From contig VHBL01000002.1 in assembly GCA_016871995.1 (NCBI GenBank), positions 1 to 32,000 of the forward strand: a stretch of 32,000 nt of DNA, read 5' to 3'. Both the position numbers and the translations under genes were made by a program. Below, in pieces: positions 25,482 to 32,000 of the stretch (positions within the stretch are counted from its first letter, which is position 1; the number at the start of each line of letters is the position of its first letter). Source of the stretch: Nitrososphaerota archaeon. GTDB lineage: Archaea > Thermoproteota > Nitrososphaeria > Nitrososphaerales > UBA57. The notes beneath the pieces were generated by a model, which had not been told where the DNA came from, did no database searches, and was given only the letters and a program-made list of their open reading frames with translations.

Positions 25482-26616
25482 ATGTCTATTTTTCTAAGCA
25501 GACTTGAAAGGTCTCTTCAGGCTAAGGCTGCTACATTCTCCTTCAGGGACTTGTTTTTCATAATGTTGGCACTGCATCTGTTCATCCTTAGCACTCCTCC
25601 AACAGATGCTATATGGGACGAAAACATCTATAGTTTAGCCGCAATAAGTTTCCTCAACGGTCAAGCGTCGTACATTGAACATCCATTCCTTGGTTACTTT
25701 TGGATAGCGTCAGGAACATTTCTGTGCAATATTATTCAGCATAGCGATCCTTAGCAAGGAAACTTCTCTATTTTCACTTGTCTCACTTGTCGTGTACCAT
25801 CTGGCCGCCAACAGAAAGAGATTGATTAAACCCGAGACCAAGGCTATCTCTGCCGCTTTCTCCTTTACCGTCCTGATAGTCATATCTACGTTCTCGCCCC
25901 TGTTCTCCTTTAACATGATCTACAGACCTGCATATTTTGCAACTCCAGACGATGAAAGAAACTTGCGCCCTACAAGGATAATATTTCCTTGGGAAAACTT
26001 CCTCTACTATTACACATACCAGAGAGAGTTCACGCAGGCCGCAGGTGCTGGAAGTCAAGCTACATGGGAAGGGACTAGGTGGTATGGCTGGATTATTCCT
26101 ACCACTTTCTTGCTTACCCGTGTTCCCACAATTTATGAATTAAACGTCACTGCGATTCAAGCAAGTGGGTTAAAGAATATTGCAGGATACATTTACACAA
26201 TACATTCGCAACGGTTGCTTAGTTCTACAGGAAATAGCACGGTAGAATACAGGTACAATGATACCAGATATGTTGGGTTTGGCAATCCTTTTGTCTGGAG
26301 CCTTTTTTGGCTTTTGCCTATAGCTGCAATCTTCTTTGCAATTAGAAGGAAAGTTTCTGAAATTGGTCTGTTCAGTATAATATGGATGACCGTAATCTAT
26401 GCACCATATATCTACATAGGCCAAACGCTGCAAAGGATCGTCTTTCCGTTTTACTTTCTCAATGCTCTGATTGCCCTTCCATTGTTCGCAGCTTGGGCAC
26501 TTCAGCAAGCAAGAATTTCTGAAGATGCAAAGATCATCGTGCTCGCGACGCATATCACGTTGGTAATAATGTACTTTGTATACTACTTCCCTCTGAACGT
26601 GCTCAGATTTCCATGA
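25482..26616 (+). pseudogene. GT-C type membrane glycosyltransferase (PMT_2/ArnT-like), frameshifted
   Basis: The first-loop acidic motif context is AIWDENIYSLAA...EHPFLGYFW. Frame 1 stops at 25754. A second frame, open from 25708, continues with TM-like sequence (AILFSIAILSKETSLFSLVSLVVYHLAA...). More TM helices follow to 26616. Confidence 0.55.
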
Positions 26617-27008
26617 AAAAGACGACGATCAAGCAGAAGGTCTTCATAGATGCCAAGCCAGAAGAGATCTACGACGCCCTTATAGATGCCAAGGAGCATA
26701 CAGAGTTCACTGGTGCCAAAGCGACTTCACAACCAAAGGAAGGGGGCAGGTTCACGGCCTGGGATGGCTATATTTCAGGCACGCATCTGCTGCTGGAAAG
26801 AGGTAAGAGGATAGTGCAGGAGTGGAAGACTACGGAGTGGCCAGAGGGTTATTCTCCATCGAAACTTGAATTCATGCTAAAGGAGAAGCAAGGAGGGACT
26901 GAACTTATCATGCTGCAGACAAGCGTACCTGCAGAGCAAGCAGCGTCATATGAGCAGGGCTGGAAGGATTTTTACTGGGATCCGTTGAAGGAATATTTCA
27001 AGAAATAA
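26613..27008 (+). CDS. SRPBCC superfamily protein (Aha1/AHSA1-like domain)
   Basis: 131 aa. The layout IDAKPEEIYDALIDAKEHTEFTG...GGRF...G...LE...KRIVQEW is typical of PF08327-type proteins. Its start overlaps the upstream stop by 4 nt. Confidence 0.75.
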   Translation: MKKTTIKQKVFIDAKPEEIYDALIDAKEHTEFTGAKATSQPKEGGRFTAWDGYISGTHLLLERGKRIVQEWKTTEWPEGYSPSKLEFMLKEKQGGTELIMLQTSVPAEQAASYEQGWKDFYWDPLKEYFKK

Positions 27009-27139
27009 AGTGAACTATGCCTCTAGATAACTTGACCAGTATCGAATATAACAATTCTATTCTGACTTGTCTCGTCAATAGAAGCTGGCTCAGGGTACCC
27101 AAAATGTGCAGGGATATCCACTGATAGTGTTTATACCAA

Positions 27140-28408
27140 TTACATCGCATTTGCTCCAGCAAGCATGTCCTTTATGACAGCGAGCAGAGAAACCTCACCC
27201 TTGATCTTCTCCATCGCTATCTTCCTGACAATCCTGTTGCCCCCTCTTATCCCGTACATCTCCTCCAGTATCCCGCAAACTATCTTCGGATAAGCGGTGT
27301 AAAGCCTCCTGTTCTCCATGTATTTAGGCCCCTTGCTGAATGTCCGCATATCAGTTAGAACCTTCTTCTGTTCGAGGGCCTTGACATAATATGAGAGGGA
27401 GGATTCGCTAAAGTCGTTTCTTTCCCTAGCCTTCTTGACAGCATCAGCAGCAGCCATCCCAGAAGAGATTGCCAAGTCGACACCTCTGAAGGTGTAGCCA
27501 TTATTGATGATAAAACCTGCAGCGTCGCCGCATACCAACATGCCCCCTCGGTATAGTTTAGGAATCATGGCAAGCCCGGCTTCTGGGATTGTATGCGCGC
27601 TATACTCCAGTGTTTTGCCACCCTTCAATAATTTCGCTATTGCTGGATGCTGCTTGAAATTTTCGAATACTGAGGGAACTTCTATCTTTGCTTCCACAAG
27701 GTCAACGGCTTTTACTACAACACCTACTGAAACGCTATCTTTGTTGGTGTAGATGAAGGCACCACCCCTAAGCCAGCTGCTCGCATACCCTACATAGACT
27801 CCAGAAAAGCCTTCATCTTTATTCAGTCCAAACCTTTCTTCTATTACGCTCTGCGGAAGCTCAACGACATCCTTTATCCCTACAGAAACGTGTTGCGGAT
27901 CGATGTTATTCCTCAAGCCAGCTTTCTTAACCAATGTTGCGGTAGTTCCCTCACAGTCTATTACAGTGTCTGCAAGGACATCGTCGCTACCAGCTTTGAC
28001 TCCTTTTACCAGTCTTCCTTCAATTATAAGCTCGTCGACCTTGGTCTCTGGGAAGAGTAATGCACCTTTTTCGACCGCTTTTTCTGCTAGCCATCTATCG
28101 AATTTTGCCCTAATCGCTGTGAAACTGCAAGATTGGGAACTTGCAAATGTTATCGATGCAGAGGATTTTTCGTTCATGAATGTTACCCCTTCCTTGACAA
28201 CATTTCTTTCGATAGGAGCGTCTTTTTCGTAATCTGGAATCAGATCACCCAAAGAATAGGGGTAAATCCTCCCCCCAAACACATTCTTAGATCCTGGAAA
28301 CTTTCCTCTTTCTAGCATCAGAACCTGCAGACCAGAACTTGCTAGAGAGTAGGCACATGCACTACCAGCAGGGCCTGCTCCTACGACTACAGCGTCAAAC
28401 TTCTCCAA
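27140..28408 (-). CDS. FixC-like FAD-dependent oxidoreductase (ETF-quinone oxidoreductase / geranylgeranyl-reductase superfamily)
   Basis: FDAVVVGAGPAGSACAYSLASSGLQVLMLERGKFPGSKNVFGGRIY closely follows the FixC N-terminal pattern. Length 422 aa. No ETF or FixX genes are adjacent. Confidence 0.8.
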   Translation of the reverse strand: MEKFDAVVVGAGPAGSACAYSLASSGLQVLMLERGKFPGSKNVFGGRIYPYSLGDLIPDYEKDAPIERNVVKEGVTFMNEKSSASITFASSQSCSFTAIRAKFDRWLAEKAVEKGALLFPETKVDELIIEGRLVKGVKAGSDDVLADTVIDCEGTTATLVKKAGLRNNIDPQHVSVGIKDVVELPQSVIEERFGLNKDEGFSGVYVGYASSWLRGGAFIYTNKDSVSVGVVVKAVDLVEAKIEVPSVFENFKQHPAIAKLLKGGKTLEYSAHTIPEAGLAMIPKLYRGGMLVCGDAAGFIINNGYTFRGVDLAISSGMAAADAVKKARERNDFSESSLSYYVKALEQKKVLTDMRTFSKGPKYMENRRLYTAYPKIVCGILEEMYGIRGGNRIVRKIAMEKIKGEVSLLAVIKDMLAGANAM

Positions 28409-28454
28409 GACATTCCATCGTAAAATTGATGGGTATTTGCACCTTTTGGCGAAG

Positions 28455-28736
28455 TCAGCCTACCCTTGTAGAAAGTTTGCTAATCCCTTTTACCTCTATT
28501 TCCGAGACAAGTTCTGCTTTCTTGATAGCCTCCTCGACCCTGTCAACTGCCCCTTCTTTCTCTTCTACTTGAATGTCGAGCAAAAGTGCGACCAATCCAA
28601 AGGCTATTGGTTCTTCTCCAACCTTTTTGATAACTGAACCTTTAGGAAGGACCTTTTCTATAGAAGATGTCATCTTCTTTAGATCAGTTCCGACTTCCTT
28701 CGGTAATACCTTCATTTTGGCAATCAGTAATCCCAT
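28455..28736 (-). CDS. ef1b: translation elongation factor aEF-1 beta
   Basis: Translates as MGLLIAKMKVLPKEVGTDLKKMTSSIEKVLPKG...EEPIAFGLVALLLDIQVEEKEGAVDRVEEAI...VSEIEV, 93 aa. The ORF-track N-terminal extension to 28832 is spurious because it overlaps the Zn-ribbon gene. Confidence 0.85.
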   Translation of the reverse strand: MGLLIAKMKVLPKEVGTDLKKMTSSIEKVLPKGSVIKKVGEEPIAFGLVALLLDIQVEEKEGAVDRVEEAIKKAELVSEIEVKGISKLSTRVG

Positions 28737-28741
28737 TGAGA

Positions 28742-28921
28742 TCAGGGCCCCTGAAATCCGCAGTTCATGCATTTGTACTCTCTGGAGAACTTCCTGCACT
28801 TTTCGCATCTCCACATAAGAGATTCTCCACACTCAGGGCAGTAGAACTTTACAGCCTTCTCTCCAGGCAGTATAGGCTTGTTACACGATGAGCATATTGG
28901 AAGTGTCTGTGTTTGTGACAT
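28742..28921 (-). CDS. 59-aa double Zn-ribbon protein (COG2888-like) commonly found upstream of aEF-1beta
   Basis: Translates as MSQTQTLPICSSCNKPILPGEKAVKFYCPECGESLMWRCEKCRKFSREYKCMNCGFQGP. It has four CxxC pairs. It is below the ORF-track cutoff and ends 5 nt before the ef1b start. Confidence 0.75.
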   Translation of the reverse strand: MSQTQTLPICSSCNKPILPGEKAVKFYCPECGESLMWRCEKCRKFSREYKCMNCGFQGP

Positions 28922-29098
28922 TTTGCAGCCTGTTCCATTACCTCTTATTTTAATAATTTGTTCTTATTGGCGTATCTGCTAGAAACTTCCTGCATAGAGG
29001 CAGTCACATAAAGCGATGTTATGGTAATTAAACAAGATTCAGATTTAGGCAAAGAGATTGCAGAACGAATATAGAGAAGGTAAACCATTTAGCCATAA

Positions 29099-30349
29099 AT
29101 GAAGGGCTCAAAAGCAGCTATTATTGTGATCTTGCTGGCTGTGATAATCGGTTCAGCAGCCCTCGTTTTAACGCCGCAAGAACCTGTTCCAGCTCAGAAT
29201 AAAGGGCAGCAAGAAATGGTGCCCAGCCCTCAGCCTAACCCGGCTCCAGAACCCCCTGAACCACAAGAACCTCTGCGGACGCTCAAGGTTCAGGTAGCTT
29301 TCCAGAACCTGTTCCATGAAAGAATGGTCTATGTAACTCACGCTGGAGATGGGAGTAATCGCCTATTCGTACTCCTTCAAAGGGGATTGATACTTGTCTT
29401 TCCAAATCAAGCCGATGTAAAATCTGCAGAAGTGTTTCTCGATATATTTGACAAAGTCAACTCAGCGGGCAATGAAGAAGGGCTTCTGGGTCTTGCTTTT
29501 GATCCTAACTTTACGAGTAACGGATACTTCTACGTTCACTATACAGCAAACCCACCCAGACGCTCTGTCATCTCCCGTTTCTCTGTCAGCGACGATCCCA
29601 ACAAGGCAAACAAAGCAAGTGAGCTAATCTTGCTGGAAGTTTCGCAGCCATATTCAAACCATAATGGAGGCCAGTTAGCCTTTGGCCCAGACGGTTATCT
29701 GTACATAGGGCTGGGGGATGGGGGTTCAGGTGGTGATCCGCATGACAACGGACAGAGTAGAGCATCACTCCTTGGGAAGATTCTACGGATAGATGTTAGT
29801 AAATCATCGCAAAATGAACGTTATAGACTTCCTCCAGATAATCCATTTGTTTCTGAACAAAACATGAAGGGTGAAATTTGGGCCTATGGTTTGAGGAATC
29901 CTTGGAGATTCTCATTTGACAAGGTAACAGGACTGTTTTGGGTTGCTGATGTTGGGCAGAACAATTACGAAGAGGTGAATATCATAGAGAAGGGTGGGAA
30001 TTATGGCTGGAATAAGATGGAAGGCGCTCACTGTTACCCTCCCTCTGTGACAAATTGCAACAAAGAAGGGCTCAGGATGCCTATAGCTGAGTATAACCAT
30101 GATGAAGGCTGTTCTATAACAGGTGGTTACGTTTACAGAGGGACTAAACTTAAGATGCTCTATGGCGCTTACATCTACGGCGATTATTGCAGCGGCAGAA
30201 TATGGGCTCTCCGCCACGACGGCTCTAAGGTTACAGAAAGCTTTCTGTTAATTGACTCGAATCTGACCATCTCGTCGTTCGGAGAAGACGAAGCTGGTGA
30301 GCTATACATTTTATCATTCGACGGGAAGATTTACAGTCTTGTTCCTTAA
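29099..30349 (+). CDS. PQQ-dependent sugar (glucose/sorbosone) dehydrogenase, membrane-tethered
   Basis: An N-terminal TM helix and a Pro-rich linker (PQPNPAPEPPEPQEP) are followed by a beta-propeller. The propeller carries HNGGQLAFGPDGYLYIGLGDGGSGGDP and WAYGLRNPWRFSFD. Confidence 0.85.
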   Translation: MKGSKAAIIVILLAVIIGSAALVLTPQEPVPAQNKGQQEMVPSPQPNPAPEPPEPQEPLRTLKVQVAFQNLFHERMVYVTHAGDGSNRLFVLLQRGLILVFPNQADVKSAEVFLDIFDKVNSAGNEEGLLGLAFDPNFTSNGYFYVHYTANPPRRSVISRFSVSDDPNKANKASELILLEVSQPYSNHNGGQLAFGPDGYLYIGLGDGGSGGDPHDNGQSRASLLGKILRIDVSKSSQNERYRLPPDNPFVSEQNMKGEIWAYGLRNPWRFSFDKVTGLFWVADVGQNNYEEVNIIEKGGNYGWNKMEGAHCYPPSVTNCNKEGLRMPIAEYNHDEGCSITGGYVYRGTKLKMLYGAYIYGDYCSGRIWALRHDGSKVTESFLLIDSNLTISSFGEDEAGELYILSFDGKIYSLVP

Positions 30350-30355
30350 ATGCGG

Positions 30356-30754
30356 TCAGGCGATCCCGGAAATTACGTATATACTTGCAGCAGCAATCAC
30401 CAAAGTAAGCAGAAGACCTACTAAAGCGAATTTTCCCGCGGGCCTTGGTTCCTTCTCCTTTATCTCAGCGTAGTCAGACCTATACTTCCTGATTGAAATG
30501 AGGTTCACTACACTACCTACAATAACTGTTACCATTCCCAAGCCTGTATTAGCCCTAACTGGAGCCTGAACAGGTACTGGTTCGGCACCAGGATCTGCCT
30601 GGTTAGGTATGAACACTTGAACCTGACTCGCCGTCGCGCTAAATATAGTAGCAACTACGCCTACCGCTATAATTGCTAGTCCTACAACAAGCCTGAGTAT
30701 ATATCTCCTTTCAACAACTCTGTACTGGTCTGTAGGTCCACGATACTTCATCAT
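30356..30754 (-). CDS. hypothetical membrane protein (3 TM)
   Basis: The start is taken at MMKYRG (30754). The longer ORF-track version would overlap the divergent nitrilase start. TM segments include LRLVVGLAIIAVGVVATIF, LGMVTVIVGSVVNLI and FALVGLLLTLVIAAASIYVI. Confidence 0.5.
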   Translation of the reverse strand: MMKYRGPTDQYRVVERRYILRLVVGLAIIAVGVVATIFSATASQVQVFIPNQADPGAEPVPVQAPVRANTGLGMVTVIVGSVVNLISIRKYRSDYAEIKEKEPRPAGKFALVGLLLTLVIAAASIYVISGIA

Positions 30755-30850
30755 AGTTATTTGCCGCGATAAAATCAAACCGTGGTACCTATTAAGTGTT
30801 AAGAGACCCTGCAGAAAAGTTAACAATGCTAAATTGCGCTTAAGATAGGA

Positions 30851-31660
30851 ATGGTAAATCTTAGTTTCATTCAGTTCAAGCCAAATTTTGGGGATATACA
30901 GGGCAATCTTGATCAGGTAAAGGAGCTCGTCCCAAGAGCCATGCAAGGAATAATTGTTTTACCAGAGCTCTTTAACACAGGTTACACCTTTACTGGCAAA
31001 AAAGAAGTTGCAGAGCTTGCTGAAGAAGCTCCAGCAGGTGAAACCTGTTCCAAGTTGGCAGATCTATCCAAAAAGATGACCAGTACTATCGTTGCTGGCT
31101 TTGCTGAAAAGGCAGGCTCGAAAATATATAACAGTGCTATGATAGTTTCAAATGGTGAATTTTTGGGCGTATACAGGAAGGCACACTTATTCTACAAAGA
31201 GAAACTGTGGTTCAGCCCTGGGAAGACAGGCTTCCCAGTATTCGACACAAAGGATGGAAGGATTGGTGTCATGATCTGTTTCGATTGGATCTATCCAGAG
31301 GCCGCAAGGGTTCTTGCACTGAGAGGAGCGGATGTGATAGCGCATCCATCAAACCTTGTCCTTCCTGGCCTTGCACAGAGAGGAATGAGAATACGAGCTC
31401 TTGAAAATAGAGTCTTTACTATTACTGCCAATAGGGTGGGAACTGAAAGTAGAGGAGAAGACCGGTTCAGGTTCACAGGGCGAAGCCAGATAGTAAGTCC
31501 GAAGATGAAGGTTCTTGCATCTGCAAACTCTGCAGAAACTACCGTGAAATCTGTTGAGGTCGATCTTTCGCAAGCACGTAACAAAATGATAAATAAACTA
31601 AATAACTTGCTGGAAGGAAGGCAAATAGACCTGTATTCATCTCTTACGAAGCAGGTTTGA
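30851..31660 (+). CDS. carbon-nitrogen hydrolase (nitrilase superfamily)
   Basis: The catalytic triad contexts are LPELFNTGY (Glu), YRKAHLF (Lys) and VMICFDWIYPE (Cys). Length 269 aa. Confidence 0.9.
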   Translation: MVNLSFIQFKPNFGDIQGNLDQVKELVPRAMQGIIVLPELFNTGYTFTGKKEVAELAEEAPAGETCSKLADLSKKMTSTIVAGFAEKAGSKIYNSAMIVSNGEFLGVYRKAHLFYKEKLWFSPGKTGFPVFDTKDGRIGVMICFDWIYPEAARVLALRGADVIAHPSNLVLPGLAQRGMRIRALENRVFTITANRVGTESRGEDRFRFTGRSQIVSPKMKVLASANSAETTVKSVEVDLSQARNKMINKLNNLLEGRQIDLYSSLTKQV

Positions 31661-32000
31661 TCACTATTGCGGGGATCTCCTTGCCGTTATGCCTTATCTT
31701 AAGAGGAGAACTGTTCCCGTTCGTGTGCAAGACTCTTCTTTCGAGACCCTTTCTCCCCCTAAACTGCCAAAGTTCGCCCATGGCACCAAAGGCTTGAGCC
31801 CACTGCACAAAGGTCACGCTCTCGGCTCTACCGATCCTTGCCTTACCACTCTTTACCTGAATAACAAGAATCTCGCCATCTTTGGCTGCAAATACATCTA
31901 CAGGGCCGTGTGACATTGCACTTCTGCTACATACCCAGCCTTCGTTTCTGAGTATGCTCATTACTTTGTACTCTTTTGCCCTGCCCCTGTAATAGTTTGT
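31644..32000 (-). CDS. hjc: Holliday junction resolvase Hjc-like PD-(D/E)xK nuclease (5' end beyond window)
   Basis: The frame stays open upstream of the ORF-track Met to the window edge. YYRGRAKEYKVMSILRNEGWVCSRSAMSHGPVDVFAAKDGEILVIQVKSGK follows the Hjc pattern (YRKG..ERELv..L...Gf.vvRsagS...DlvA......l.iEVK). It overlaps the convergent nitrilase-family 3' end by 17 nt. Confidence 0.6.
   Translation of the reverse strand, partial: TNYYRGRAKEYKVMSILRNEGWVCSRSAMSHGPVDVFAAKDGEILVIQVKSGKARIGRAESVTFVQWAQAFGAMGELWQFRGRKGLERRVLHTNGNSSPLKIRHNGKEIPAIVIKPAS

Noticed and set aside
30755-30946. N-terminal 64 codons of the 196-aa minus-strand ORF
   Set aside because: They would overlap the start of the divergent nitrilase-family gene by ~95 nt. 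The hydrophobic core protein begins at the MMKYRG start (30754).
1-32000. CRISPR arrays, rRNA genes, IS elements with transposase, toxin-antitoxin or recognisable defence operons
   Set aside because: I saw no regularly spaced direct repeats, no rRNA-like sequence, and no transposase, Cas or known defence-domain ORFs on either strand. The only mobile-element signatures are the intein, the integrase relics and the tRNA-associated repeats.

Overview
The window is archaeal. Evidence: aEF-1beta preceded by its Zn-ribbon partner, an Hjc-type resolvase, a thiolase+DUF35 pair, TATA boxes about 25 nt upstream of starts, and a tRNA with bulge-helix-bulge introns. The lineage looks Nitrososphaeria/Thaumarchaeota-like, but that is only an inference. 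There are no rRNA genes and no CRISPR array. Layout: (1) 0.3-8.8 kb holds a cell-envelope cluster. It has a 1385-aa sequon-rich secreted protein, then a 408-aa protein with a coiled coil and a C-terminal TM anchor (an SlaA/SlaB-like S-layer architecture), then a MOP-type flippase, a SAM methyltransferase and a GT2 glycosyltransferase. (2) 8.9-13.7 kb holds a class-V aminotransferase, thiolase+DUF35, and an AmmeMemoRadiSam-type radical-SAM gene. That gene's CxxxCxxC cluster motif is split by a 353-aa intein carrying a non-LAGLIDADG (PD-(D/E)xK / DUF559-like) nuclease module. (3) 14.0-21.2 kb is a ~7.1 kb segment. It is bracketed by a direct repeat of the first 26 nt of tRNA-Asn and by an inverted repeat just inside that. 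It contains small Zn-finger ORFs, hflX, an integrase N-terminal relic, a CorC/CNNM transporter, an SDR relic and a frameshifted formate-dehydrogenase-like gene. It is a candidate decayed integrated element. (4) tRNA-Asn(GUU) has two mini-introns. It is followed by an orphan tRNA 3' half abutting a truncated integrase ORF. (5) 21.8-32 kb is housekeeping and metabolic: FAD oxidoreductase, pyruvate kinase, a frameshifted GT-C glycosyltransferase, SRPBCC, FixC-like flavoprotein, aEF-1beta, PQQ sugar dehydrogenase, nitrilase-family hydrolase and Hjc. All functional calls come from motif reading by eye. No database search was possible.
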